This document shows, piece after piece, positions 26,521 through 39,206 of a stretch of DNA of 64,000 bases. The stretch is from Octopus vulgaris (taxonomy: Eukaryota), in assembly GCA_951406725.2 (NCBI GenBank), contig OX597814.1, forward strand, positions 209,250,001 to 209,314,000, in the 5' to 3' direction. The notes under the pieces were generated by a model that saw only the letters and a list, made by a program, of their open reading frames with translations, did no database searches and was not told the DNA's origin. How positions within the stretch are numbered: the first letter of the stretch is position 1; every line of letters starts with the position of its first letter. Made by a program: the position numbers and the translations under genes.

Positions 26521-27779
26521 TATTAATTACGTATAATTCTCTCCCTGTGTCTTAGTAGAGATATATATGGCTCTTACTAGGTTTTGTATAGTGAGGAATT
26601 AGAATCTAGAAAATTTGTCTATATGTTCAAGATGGACTGGTTCAGGTTACTGAATTTAATATTAAATTCATGGTTTGTTAGAGATGTTAGAATGTGATGT
26701 CTCGGAAGTAAGTCGGCTTTCTAGTTGAAAAAGAGCTGGATTTTAGAGTCGATACTAATACTAGACGCTTCCGCATAACTTAGTTTTGATATCAAGTCGA
26801 AACGTGTTAAAAGTACGTTTAAGGTGAACAGCAGGATGCGTTTAGTATTGTAAGATATCTACTGTTACTGCGTGTTGAATGCACCGGCTCTGATATTATC
26901 CAACTGGATTTGAGACAACCATTCAAAGGAATCTTTAACCATGTTAGCTTCAGATATATAGAAAGCTTGTTGCTATGGAAACGACATGATTTTAGAACCT
27001 GTATACCTACCGATTCGTCACTGTCAGCTTTCTCTCTTGTTGAAAACGAAGATACGTGCTAGCAGAAACGTTAATGCTCAGACTGAAGAGTAAATATGTG
27101 GAATAAAAGCTTATAAGTGTGTGTGGGTTGGTTGTTTTTCTTTGTTTTCTTATTTTTAAGTAATTTCTGTCGTTCATGGACAATGTCTGAATTCACCCAG
27201 ATGTCCGTAATTAACTTTGAAACTAGTGGCTGACAGCAACGATAACTGTGTATCTGTCTTGTAGGCAAAGTAGGTGATGTGGTTATTGCAGTTGTTAAGG
27301 TGATTGTGGTAAGAAGAATCTGTTCAGTAGTGGTTGCTTTGACGCCAAGGGCATTTAGTGTAAGGCGTTTTTTTTTAATCATAGGAAATATGAACGTGAC
27401 AACTATTGGTTATCAACCTCAAATGACTGTCTTATATTGAAGAGTTGGGAGCAAGATTTAAAATCTTGGTTGTATTGATGGTGAAGTAGATGAAGATGCT
27501 ACAGAAGCGTTCTTATAATGTTTTTTGGTTGTGGTAGGGATGATATCTCAGTTTAAGCAATGTTTTAGTGCTTTTCTTGATAGATTGAATACACTCCCTA
27601 CATCGTAATACATCATATAAATGATACTACCTAAATATCGTTACTCCCGAACCTGGTTAAAATTACTATCAATTAGAAACACAAACAAGGGTATTCACCT
27701 AAATAAATGCTTTCTTTTGACTACCTCCCTAACTTTCATGTCCCATTTTGCAATTAAAAAACCTCTGCGATCTTCATAT

Positions 27780-27980
27780 ACGAGAGGATGCTGGAAAGTT
27801 TCTGGCTTTCGGTAAAAGAAAATACAGGAGGATCAAATAGTTATGATCTTCTTCAACATATTACCTCTCAGATTCACATACGTATTGCAGCGGTCCTTCA
27901 GTTTTTCGAAGTCCTGTAAAAGAACGCGGAAGTTTGGGCTTCTAACCAGGCCTTTTGCGATACCCTTAAAGCCGAGAACA
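27780..27980 (+). mobile_element. Mariner-type MITE (partial); related reverse copy at ~32635-32738
   Basis: TA-cgagaggatgctggaaagtttctggcttt TIR-like start; the copy at 32738 ends ...gaacttttcagcacccccgcg-TA. Confidence 0.6.
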
Positions 27981-28143
27981 AATGTTCACACTAATCCGTC
28001 ACCCCTTCACGCTAATCCATCAATGCTTTACTATCATTCTTACCCGATGCTATCAACAATTGAATTTTGTACGATACGAAACGTTTTCTCTATGAAATGT
28101 TTTGGATTCAAGATGAAATAATTTTGGCTTTGAAATAATCTTG

Positions 28144-29016
28144 CGAGGTCTGATCAATAAGTATCCGGACTGTTGTCATAGTAACGAAGCTAAAGCACAC
28201 AGAGTAAAGCCAAATGGCACAGATTGATCTTAAACTCTGTTGTGCATGTGCACGAAGTCTTAACGTTCTAGCCCACTTCCACTGTTTACAGCAGTTCTTG
28301 GAAGGAAGGTGTGTAACGTGTGATTGTCGCATTGATCATGACAAAAAAAGACGAGCATCAAATTTTGCGGAAAGCTTGGGGATACCTGCTTAGAAGCTTA
28401 CGCAAAGTTATCAACGTTCTCGACACAATCAAGGAGATCTCATGCAACTGAATCCCGAGTGTCTTTTTGTTTCAGCTGAAAGCAGTTATAGCACAAACTT
28501 GGCAGACACACATCTCATAGCCAAATCTTCAGTGATAATGGACTGAACTGAACCGTAACTAATCTGCACATCCTCTGATAACTCATGGATGGTGATTCGA
28601 CGATTTCTCCTCACGGCTGTACGCACATTCGTGATGTTTTTTCAGTACTGCTGGTTGCGGGTCTCCCAGAACGTTTGTCAATAGTGACAATATTTTGGCC
28701 ATCTTTGAAACGTCTGAACCACTCGTACACTTGTGTGCGGCTCATACAACCCTCTCCATACACTTTTTACAATCTTGCGTTGGCGTCTGAGCAGGTATCC
28801 TTATGACAACTTTCACTGCCATGGTCAATGTGACGATCACACACTACACACCTTCCTTCCAAACACTGCCATAAACAGCAAAAGTGAGCTAGACCGTTAG
28901 AACAAAGTGTACATATACAGCAAAGTTCAAGGTCAATCTTTGCCGAACTGTTTCACTATGCGTGCTTTAGTCTCGTTATTAAGGCAACAGTCCGGATACT
29001 TACTGATCAGTCCTCG
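28144..29016. mobile_element. Mariner derivative built from two 5' ends in inverted orientation
   Basis: TIRs cgaggtctgatcaataagtatccggactgttg / caacagtccggatacttactgatcagtcctcg-TA; ~190-bp inverted arms; transposase N-terminal pieces on both strands (IKFCGKLGDTCLEAYAKL on plus; KVYGEGCMSRTQVYEWFRRFKDG..RSGRP on minus). Confidence 0.88.
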
Positions 29017-29366
29017 TAAGATTATTTTAAAGCTAAAATTATTTGCTTTCGCTTTGTCTTTATTTCCATTCCTTTATTTCAAGTTGCATAGTGGTGCCAG
29101 GCTTTGTAAAATACTTTTAGCTCTGTTCTACAATGATACACACACATACACTCACATACACACACACACGTGCACACATATAGATTTTATGACGTAGACA
29201 CACCTGTAGAATTTGTAAAGGTACATAGAGGTAGTTGAATGCTTCCTTCAGTTAATTCTACCGAAAGACTCTATAGTTCAAGATGTAGTCTATTTGTACA
29301 GCGAGGTGAATGCCTGTTATCAAACGTACACACACACACACACGAACACACACACACATACACACG

Positions 29367-29402
<36 letters not shown>

Positions 29403-29564
29403 CATACATATGCATGGTGTGTGTGCGCATGTGTTCCAGTTTCATCTTTTTTTTCAGATTTTCGTATGGTTTTCTTATATTTTATTTGGAACAAAAAAAT
29501 TTTTGAAAAATCAACCGTTAACATTTCTAGACCTTCTTAGACTCATCATCAGGATGAAGTAATG

Positions 29565-29785
29565 TTAGCGTGAGCAGGCAGAATCGCTAGCACGCCAGAT
29601 AACATACTTGGCAGCATTTCGCTTGTCTTTATTTTCTGAGTACAAATTCTGCCGATGTCTTTTTGTCTTTTCTTTTGTTTGCTATTTCGGCATCGATGAA
29701 ATCAGTACCAGTTGAACACTGGGGTTGGTGTAATCCACTAGTTCTCTCCCACCCAAATTGCAGGCCTTGTGTCTATAGAAGAAAG
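29565..29785 (+). mobile_element. Degenerate SINE family C
   Basis: gtgagcaggcagaatcgctagcacgccag...ttctgagtacaaattctgccgatgtc. Confidence 0.65.
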
Positions 29786-30084
29786 AAAGAATTAGAAGTC
29801 ATTTGTCAAGCGGGAATGTTAAACTGTGTGGTGCATATTTTTCTGTGTATTTATCTTAGCACTGCGTTGTGTCATGAGCATTGCTTTCATCATTAGATGT
29901 CTACGTATGAAGTGGATTCTGTAAAGTATAAATGTATTGGTTACTAAATCTTTTCGATTTAGTTTTGTTTTGTGTCGTATGGTATAGTGCATTGCAGCTC
30001 CTCTTTGTAAGCTCATTATAAGCCAGCGAGGGAATGTTCTACTAGTTCCGAAGTAGAAGCGTTAGGCAGTGATATGTATAAATA

Positions 30085-30353
30085 CAATGTTACTGCTAGT
30101 TCAAATATGCTTGATAAACTTTTGGACTAATAAACAAGCCATTCATTGTGTTTCGTCATGGAGAAAATTTCTCGCTATTGACAATAGTGTAAATGCTGCA
30201 TCTCACAGTCTGGAAAGGGAGCGCTGTGAACTGATCCAGGTGTATTTATACTATTGTCAACAGTGAGAAATTTTCTCCATGACAAAACACAAGGAATGGC
30301 TTGTTTATTAGTCCAAACGTGCCACAAGTATATTTGAACTGGTAGTAACATTG
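30085..30353. mobile_element. MITE-like fold-back (~110-bp imperfect arms, ~45-bp spacer)
   Basis: tttggactaataaacaagccattc / gaatggcttgtttattagtccaaa; catggagaaaatttctc / gagaaattttctccatg. Confidence 0.85.
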
Positions 30354-30819
30354 CACTTGGCATAAAAGTCAGGGAATTATAAAAATTACAACTGCATTTG
30401 TAAATCACATTGGTCATTAATGACTTATTCATGAAATTAGGTGTTTTGGGATTTTAGTTGTAAATTAACATAGTTCGAGGTATTGCATTTGTTATTCCAT
30501 ATTTAGTATGAATACACTTTATGGGTGGTTCATGAAATTTTAATAAACGTATATATGATGTATTTGTTACGGTGTATTTCCTACTCTGTTAATATGTTAG
30601 AGTATCCAGTACTAACTAGCATTTGTTCTATTCTGAGACTCTCTTCATCTAGAGCATCGTTTGTTGAGAAGAATCAATATATGTTTTAAATAAGGATTTT
30701 GCCATTGACATTTTATATCTGTACGGATGTTCTTTACCTCCATAAAAGTAGATGCGTAGATGCATCTCTCTCTCTCTCTCTCCCTCTCTCACTATATATA
30801 TATATATATATATATATAG

Positions 30820-30965
30820 TTAATCCAAACAAGAAAGCACAAAAAAACACAACAACGCGAGGACGTGGAACAAATATAGTATTATTGGACGCTCAGGAAA
30901 GAAGGAGGGTTTAACGTTTTGAGCGGAGCTCTTCGTCGGAGAAGGAAAGATCCAGAGAAGGGAAG
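30820..30965 (-). mobile_element. Short HHR-bearing element (GAGC-stem family), degenerate core
   Basis: Minus strand: CCGACGA-A-GAGC-TCC-GCTC-AAAA-CG-TT; downstream gagcgtccaataatac; 3' end abuts (TA)n. Confidence 0.55.
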
Positions 30966-32263
30966 ACAGAGGATATATATATATATATATATTTTTTTTT
31001 TTTTGTGAAAATAGATGTGATATATTGTTTTCTGTTTGAAGGTTTATATATGGTGCTATATTTGTATTATTTTGTTGAAATTTTTGTAAAAAGTTATTTT
31101 CTAAATCTTTACTTTCTCGACATCTTCTGCTGGTGTTCATTACGGCGTCCAAATACCTGATGCATATTGTATGGTTATGTCTTAGTACCACATCGTTTTC
31201 TTTTGGGGCTACGTAGAACACTGTATATGTAGGGTTTTAAATCAAAAACCATAACTACCCTAACTGTTTAAATAATTTGATTGTAAACAACGAAATAATA
31301 CTTCTGCCACACAGTACACTTATAAATTGTTGGTATGTGGGGATTTCTACTTTTAGGTGGTTGTGTAAACGACTTAATACAGTTTCTTTTTGCTCTGATA
31401 AAATGAATATCCTCTACGTTCGTTCTACGTTGTGTGGCCATATCCTGCCTTGTTTAACATTGTCTCTGAATTCTTCGGAGTCGATAAAACTACAAAAGAA
31501 GCACTCGTAACATAATGGGGCCTATTAAATTGACACTATTACCGTCCTTTCAAAAACAGGCCTTCTGTCTAAAGAAAAATAATATTGATAGTCTTTAGTT
31601 GATTGTTTGGTGTTTAAAAGCATTTTAAATGGTATATCATACGCGTATAATAAATATTTATCCATTTAATTCCACTCTCTTAACTTTTATTTTAACAACT
31701 CTTTTATCTCTATATTTCTCTTCCGTTCTCCAACTGTTTCCCTCTTTACTTTCTTATCACATCTATATTACTATTACTATACCCACTTTAAAAAAGAAAA
31801 AGAAAAAAAGAAGAAAAAAATGGAAGCCAAAATTTATTTTAAAATTGATCCGCTGAGATTTAGATATTTACAAACTGATATTGCTCTGTCTATCGCCTAC
31901 TGTTTCTTAGCTTATGATATCAGGTAGATTCTGCCTTATTTATTCCTACATTTAGTTATTTATATCTTCCGTTAGTGTGAATAGAAAATATATAACAGAG
32001 TATAGTAACTTTGTCATTTACTTCGCTTATTGTTTTGAATTTAGTGTGTTTATGTCTTCGATTCTCTATATCGATCTTATATTTTTAGATACTCTCGTGT
32101 TTAAAGTTGCCAATCCTGTCATATCTATTTATGTGTATTCAGTCTTACCTAAGATTAAGACAGCTAGCGACAGAGAAAATTTGCCTAGGCGTCGCTTTAC
32201 CATCGCTGAATATTTTGTACAGCTGCCTTAATTTATTTTTCGAATAAAAATCAACTTGATATA

Positions 32264-32630
32264 GGCGCAGGAGTGGCTGTTTGGTAAGTAGCTTGCTAAC
32301 CAACCACATGGTTCCGGGTTCAGTCCCACTGCGTGGCATCTTGGGCAAGTGTCTTCTGCTATAGCCCCGGGCCGACCAATGCCTTGTGAGTGGATTTGGT
32401 AGACGGAAACTGAAAGAAGCCTGTCGTATATTTGTATATATATATATATATATAAGTGTGTGTGAATATGTTTGTGTGTCTGTGTTTGTTCCCCTAGCAT
32501 TGCTTGACAACCGATGCTGGTGTGTTTACGTCCCCGTCACTTAGCGGTTCGGCAAAAGAGACCGATAGAATAAGTACTGGGCTTACAAAAAGAATAAGTC
32601 CCGGGGTCGATTTGCTCGACTAAAGGCGGC
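32264..32630 (+). mobile_element. SINE family B, near full length
   Basis: Head GGCGCAGGAGTGGCTGTTTGGTAAG...GGTTCAGTCCC (A/B boxes); internal (TA)/(TG) tract. Confidence 0.9.
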
Positions 32631-32744
32631 AATAAGTATATGAATATGAGAGGGGAATATGTTGAATAAAGCCATAATTAACTGATCCTCCTGTATTTTA
32701 TTTTACCCAAACCCATGAACTTTTCAGCACCCCCGCGTATTGCA

Positions 32745-33272
32745 CTCTAAAAAGTTAGTGGTCACTGTATGGTGGTCTGCGAAGGGAGTTCTTCATTATT
32801 CATTTTTGCAACAAGGAAAACGGTAACAGCAGCATTGTGTTGCCAGGAAATTGATTGTATGCATGAGAATTTGAAAAAGAAGCAATCCAGACTAGTGCAT
32901 AGAAATGGCCCAATTTTGCTCCACGACAATGCACGTCCTCGCACTCCTTAAGCTACGGTCCAAAAGTTGCAAAGCCTGAATTATGAGATTTTGCAACATC
33001 CTCCCTATTCCCCTGATATCTCTCCTACTGATCATTACTTATTTAAGCATTTTGAGTTTTTCATAAGCATTAAAACATTCTTAAATAGAAAATAGGTAAT
33101 TGAAGCATTCAGACAATTTATCACAGCAAAAGATGAATTTATTTTTAAAGATGGGTAAACGTCATAAATGAACATAGATCATACTTTGATTAAATAAATC
33201 AGTTCTCTAACAACTCTGAAACATTTTATTATTACATTTCAAATACGACTTATCATGTGAAACAACCTAATA
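32745..33272 (+). pseudogene. Mariner transposase C-terminal remnant with 3' TIR
   Basis: ILLHDNARP and HPPYSPDISPTDHYLF (YSPDLAP motif), with stops; ends ...aacaacctaa-TA. Confidence 0.9.
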
Positions 33273-33607
33273 CTTATTCTATCAGTTTTTTTTTTGCTGA
33301 ATCGCTAAGTTACGCAGACGTAAACACACCAACACCGGTGTCAAGCGGTGATGGGGCACAAACACAGACACATAAAGACACACACACAAATGTATACGAT
33401 GGGCCTTCTAATTTCCGTCTACCAATTCCACCCACAATGATTTGATCGGCCAAAGGTTATAGAAGACACCTGCCCGTAGGAGTCTTACGTTGTTTGTTTC
33501 TTGTCTTTAGCTCCGTGTTTTTGAATTAACTATATATATATATACATACACCCCCCCCCACACACATATATATATACATACATGTATATACATACATACT
33601 TACATAT

Positions 33608-33740
33608 GTGTTTCTTCCTGTCAAAGAGCGTAGGCTCGAAACGTAAAAAGCTTTCTCACTTCTGACCGTTAAACTAATACATTTGTTTGTTGTTTACACA
33701 CCCGTCTTCGTCTTTTGTTTTTTTTTTGTAAATTCTCATT
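33608..33740 (+). mobile_element. Short HHR-bearing element (GAGC-stem family)
   Basis: CTGTCAA-A-GAGC-GTAG-GCTC-GAAA-CG-TA-aaaag; homologous to 51410-51515 and 37897-38065; ends at (TA)n. Confidence 0.65.
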
Positions 33741-34010
33741 ATATATATACATATGTACATACATAATACACACACACACAAACACACACATATACGATAT
33801 GAGAGGTATTGGTGGCAAGAAGATCCAAAGGTCTCCGGTAATACTGAGTAAGTGCTGTGGACAGACTATTGTTAAGCTCCACGTTCGATAATGATACGAA
33901 TGGAGAGTCCAACGTAGGTCGTGTATTAGCATGCATGTATAAAATAAGTTAACGGAATGCGACAAAGATTCCAAGGCTGTGAATAGCTTTCAGAACATTT
34001 ATGAAGAGAA

Positions 34011-34060
34011 GGTCTTACAGCTGTTTCAGGATATTTTATATATCCCTTCATCAGAGACGC
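34011..34060 (-). ncRNA. Minimal type I hammerhead ribozyme motif
   Basis: Minus strand: gtct-CTGATGA-A-GGGATAT-ataaa-ATATCCT-GAAA-CAGCTG-TA^agac. Palindromic stem III ACAGCTGT, GUA triplet. Confidence 0.8.
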
Positions 34061-34888
34061 TGCGAGAAAACGTTTAAATAATAGTTATTATAGAGAATAT
34101 ATGAAATACAGAGTGAAGTGGAGGAATGGAAGCAGACGTGAGATACGTAAGGATATTGTCTTGGCAGTTCCATTATTTAAGCAGAATGGTGTATATACAA
34201 GTTCCCTGTACCTTGTGTGTGAGATCCAGTGATGTTTATAATTGGTCATTCCAAGCATAGAATCTTGTAAAACGGTGGTTTTCGATCGAGGGCTTTTTTG
34301 AAGTGACCTAAAAGTTGGAAGTGTGTTTGTAAGGTCAAATCAGAAACAGGAAGAGAAAATAAAAAGGGAGAGAGACAATAAACAAGTGAAGAAAGAGAGG
34401 ATGTGTTAGCTAGCGGTCAGGATAAAATGATAGAAGGAAGGGAGATGTGAGGGAGAGAGAGGGAGAGAGTGGAAGAGTATGAGGTTTGTTAGCAGGGGTG
34501 TTGTGACAGAGCTTAAGGGATGGACATACAAAGTGTAGAGAGAAGGAAAGGGTAGTAAAATTGAGGTGAAATGAAGAATGAGGAATAAAAGTCAAGTTGC
34601 TTAAATGGACAGGTTAGTGTTAGAAGAAATAAAGAATTTATATCTGTGAAGATATATACATACATACGTAACCACATATGTATATAGACATTTGCATACA
34701 TCAATGCATATATACGCATACAAACTGTTGTATTGTACACGTATTCTCTCATATACACGCTCATTTATATCTATTTTTGTATATATAAACTCTTGCATAC
34801 ATAATTTCATGCATGTAGACTCACACACGCGCATAAATATATGCAAGTGTATACATACATACATACATACATACATACATACATACAT

Positions 34889-34927
<39 letters not shown>

Positions 34928-34987
34928 CAGAGGCAGGTATGTGTACATATATATGTGTACATATATATAATCATTTAATTATATAAT

Positions 34988-35045
<58 letters not shown>

Positions 35046-35054
35046 TATGTATGT

Positions 35055-35278
35055 GTGGAGGCGCGTGGTTTAGTGGTTAGGGTGTCAGCATCATGATCGT
35101 AAGATTGTGGTTTCGATTCCTGAGCAAAACACTTCATTTCACGCTGCTCCAGTCCACTCAGCTGGCCAAAAAGAGTAACGCTGTGATGGACTGGCGTTCC
35201 ATCCAGCTAGGGAACACATACACCATAGAAACCGGGAACCCGAGCCCATGAGCCGGGTTACGCTTTAAAAGGGCGCAT
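35055..35278 (+). mobile_element. tRNA-derived SINE family D (Meta/Nin-type core suspected)
   Basis: GGAGGCGCGTGGTTTAGTGGTTAGGG...GGTTTCGATTCC, then cacttcatttcacgctgctccagtccactcagctg. The superfamily assignment is tentative. Confidence 0.7.
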
Positions 35279-35292
35279 TTATTTTATATTAC

Positions 35293-36206
35293 GTATGTAT
35301 GTATGTATGTATGTATGTATGTATGTATGTATGTATGTATGTATGTATGTATGTATGTATGTATGTATGTATGTATGTATGTATGTATGTATGTATGTGT
35401 GTATGTATGTATGTAAGTATGTATGTATGTATGTGTGTATGTATGTATGTATGTATGTATGTATGTATGTATGTATGTATGTATGTATGTATGTATGTAT
35501 GTATGTATGTATGTATGCTTGTATGTATGTATGTATGTATGTATGTATGTATGTATGTATGTATGTATGTATGTATGTATGTATGTATGTATGTATGTAT
35601 GTATGTATGTATGTATGTATGTATGTATGTATGTATGTATGTATGTATGTGTGTATGTATGTATGTATGTATGTATGTATGTATGCTTGTATGTATGTAT
35701 GTATGTATGTATGTATGTATGTATGTGTGTATGTATGTGTGTATGTATGTATGTATGTATGTATGTATGTATGTATGTATGTATGTATGTATGTATGTAT
35801 GTATGTATGTATGTATGTATGTATGTATGTATGTATGTATGTATGTATGTATGTATGTATGTATGTATGTATGTATGTATGTATGTATGTATGTATGTAT
35901 GTGTGTGTATGTATGTATGTATGTATGTATGTATGTATGTATGTATGTATGTATGTATGTATGTATGTATGTATGTTTGTGTGTATGTATGTATGCTTGT
36001 ATGTATGTATGTATGTATGTATGTATGTATGTATGTATGTATGTATGTATGTATGTATGTATGTATGTATGTATGTGTGTATGTATGTATGTATGTATGT
36101 ATGTGTGTATGTATGTATGTATGTATGTATGTATGTATGTATGTATGTATGTATGTATGTATGTATGTATGTATGTGTGTATGTATGTATGTATGTATGT
36201 ATGTAT
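35293..36206. repeat. ~900-bp (TATG)n tetranucleotide array
   Basis: Direct inspection; occasional tgtg/gctt variants. Confidence 0.97.
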
Positions 36207-36565
36207 GCGTGGTGTACATATAAGTACAGGTGTGATAATACATATGGATACACGTATTTATGCGTTTGTGTATATACGTGTATGTATATGTAATATATGT
36301 ATATATATGTAGTGTGTGTGTGAATGTATGTATTGTATATATATAATATATGTACATACATATATATGTGTGTGTGTATATGTATATTTATATGTGTGTA
36401 TGTGTGTGAATGTATGTACATATATATATGTGTGTCTGTATATATGTACGTGTGTATATGTATGTGTGTATATACGTGTGTATGTATGCATACATGAACA
36501 TGCAAGCGGGTACATGTAAGTATATATGATTATAGGTATAGATATTTTATACTGATTTGTATATG

Positions 36566-36631
<66 letters not shown>

Positions 36632-37480
36632 TGTACGCATACCTGTCTCTGTGTGCGTGTGTACATATGAGTATGTATACACTCGCATACGTTTATGCGC
36701 GTGTGTGAGTCTGCATGCATGCATTTATGTATGCAAGAATTTATATATACAAAACTAGATACAAATGTATATGCGTGAATGCCTGTAAAGTACAACAGTT
36801 TTTAAGCGCATATATACGTTGCTATATGTAAATGTCTATATACATATGTGGTTACGTATGTATGTATATATCGTCACAGATATAAATTCTTTATTTCTTC
36901 TACTCACTAACCTGTCCATTTAAGCAACTTGACATTTATTCTTCATTCTTCATTCCATCTCAGTATTACTACTCTTTCCTTTTCTCTACACTTTCTTTGT
37001 CCATCCCTTAAGCTCTGTCACAACACCCCTGCTAACATATCTCACACTCTTTTACTCTTTACACTATCATCTCTTCCACTCTCTCTCTCCTCATCACGTC
37101 TCACTTCCTTCTGTCATTTTATCCTGACCACTAGCTAACACACCTTTCTCTTCACTTGTTTATTGTCTTTCTCCCGTATTATTTTCTCTTCCTGTCTCTG
37201 AGTTGACCTTACAAACACATTCTCAACTTTTAAGTCACTTCAAAAAAGCCTTCGATCGAATAACACTGTTTTCAAGACTCTATGCTTGGAATGACCAATT
37301 ATAAACATCATTGGATCTCACACACAAGGTACAGGAATCTTATATATACACCATTCTGCTTAAATAATCGAACTGCAAATACGATATCCTTACTATTCTC
37401 ACGTCTGGTTTCATTCCTCCACTTCAATCTGTATTTCATATATTCTCTATAATAACTATTACTTAAACATTTAATCGCAG

Positions 37481-37530
37481 CGTCTCTGATGAAGGGATAT
37501 ATAAAATATCCCGGAAACAGCTGTAATACC
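37481..37530 (+). ncRNA. Minimal type I hammerhead ribozyme motif (mirror copy of 34011-34060)
   Basis: gtct-CTGATGA-A-GGGATAT-ataaa-ATATCCC-G-GAAA-CAGCTG-TA^atac; one stem I mismatch. Confidence 0.7.
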
Positions 37531-37855
37531 TTCTCTTTAAAAATGTTCTGTAAACTATTCACAGCCTTGGATTTGGATTCTTATCCCATTCTGTTAATCT
37601 ATATTGACCTTCGAAACGTGGAGTAGATGAAACAAAGGCGACTGAAGAAGGGGAATTTTCTTTGTTTTGTATGTCCTGTACTCTATTTTTTCGTTGTTTA
37701 AGAAAAATGTCCATGTTTTCGTTTCTCATTGTGTTCAACGTTTTTTTGGTGTCCTGTACCCATATATGCATGTATATATACATGTAGAGGTAGGTACGTA
37801 CATATATGTATGTATATATGCATATGTTTTATTTATTTATTAATTTGTATATATA

Positions 37856-37896
<41 letters not shown>

Positions 37897-37900
<4 letters not shown>

Positions 37901-38065
37901 AGAATGCACAAAAAAAAACAAAAGACGAAGACGGTTGGTGTAGACAATAAACAAATGTGTTAGTATAATGCTCGGGAAGTGAAAAATCTTTAACGTTTGA
38001 GCCTACGTTCTTCCACAGAAAGGAACACAGGAAGAAATAAGGTGAGAAAATAAAGAATGTGTAGT
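37897..38065 (-). mobile_element. Short HHR-bearing element (GAGC-stem family), degenerate
   Basis: Minus strand: cttt-CTGTGGA-A-GAAC-GTAG-GCTC-AAA-CG-TT-aaag; flanked by (TA)n. Confidence 0.6.
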
Positions 38066-38090
38066 GGCTATATTTGTGTGTGAATGTGTG

Positions 38091-38167
<77 letters not shown>

Positions 38168-38596
38168 ATATATATATATACATATACATTCATATATATA
38201 TATATATATATATATATACATGCATACATACAGACATAAATATGGCTAAATCAGAAAAGATGAGAAATAGAAGTGCAATAGTGACTATCGATCTAGCCGT
38301 AATATATATATATATATATAAAGCAAAGTTTCTTTGTGTATTGTATAGGCACCACTCAGAAGTTCTCAGGTAAAGTACCCGAGACGCAAATGTATAAAAA
38401 ATCTTAAGGAGAATTTCAGATAGGTTCGACAATTTATTTTTACATATATTCTGCCATAGATCGATGCACATCAGTCTTTAAAATATACCAATGTATCAGT
38501 CGTTAAGATATTAAAATACATTAAAAATCCATGAATACACAAATATATAAAACTCTTATATATATACATATATATATATAAAATACATATATATAC

Positions 38597-38738
38597 AGGA
38601 GTGGCTGTGTGGTAAGTAGCTTGCTAACCAACCACATGGTTCCGGGTTCAGTCTTGGGCAAGTGTCTTCTGCTATAGCCCCGGGCCGACCAATGCCTTGT
38701 GAGTGGATTTGGTAGACGGAAACTGAAAGAAGCCCGTC

Positions 38739-38775
<37 letters not shown>

Positions 38776-39002
38776 TGTGTGTGTTTGTGTGTCTGTGTTT
38801 GTCCCCCTAGCATTGCTTGACAACCGATGCTGGTGTGTTTACGTCCCCGTCACTTAGCGGTTCGGCAAAAGAGACCGATAGAATAAGTACTGGGCTTACA
38901 AAGAATAAGTCCCGGGGTCGATTTGCTCGACTAAAGGCGGTGCTCCAGCATGGCCGCAGTCAAATGACTGAAATAAGTAAAAGAGTAAAAGAGTAAAGAG
39001 TA
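38597..39002 (+). mobile_element. SINE family B with a small deletion after the B box
   Basis: Near-identical to 32264-32630; lacks ccactgcgtggcatc. Confidence 0.9.
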
Positions 39003-39206
39003 AATAGATGAGTGTAAATATGTTAGAACGGTATTGTAAAAGTTATTAAGAATAAGAGTATGCCCTTGCAAAAAGGTAAATAAAGTAAAGTCTTCCGAAG
39101 AACGAATAAAAGAACATCGTAGAGTTGAAGTTGGAATATTTCAAAAAAACATATGTAAATAATCCGATAGAATAAGTAATGTTGTTAAGGTAAAATGTTG
39201 ATGGTA

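Larger units (their letters stand above)
33940..37605. mobile_element. Large inverted repeat: ~1-kb arms (~33940-34960 / ~36620-37605) with HHR motifs near the outer ends
   Basis: Arms are reverse complements, e.g. ccttgtgtgtgagatccagtgatgtttataattggtcattccaagcatag at ~34211 versus 37280-37329. The spacer holds a SINE and microsatellites. Confidence 0.9.

Noticed and set aside
26530-27600. Possible decayed retroelement coding sequence on the minus strand
   Set aside because: No diagnostic motif could be read by eye.
35279-36505. Long ORFs (up to 408 aa) of MYVC/HTYI repeats, and similar ORFs throughout
   Set aside because: These are stop-free translations of microsatellites, not genes.
37308-37562. 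84-aa ORF in the inverted-repeat arm, partly mirrored in the other arm
   Set aside because: It is antisense to the HHR, has no recognisable domain, and its conservation is explained by the duplication itself.
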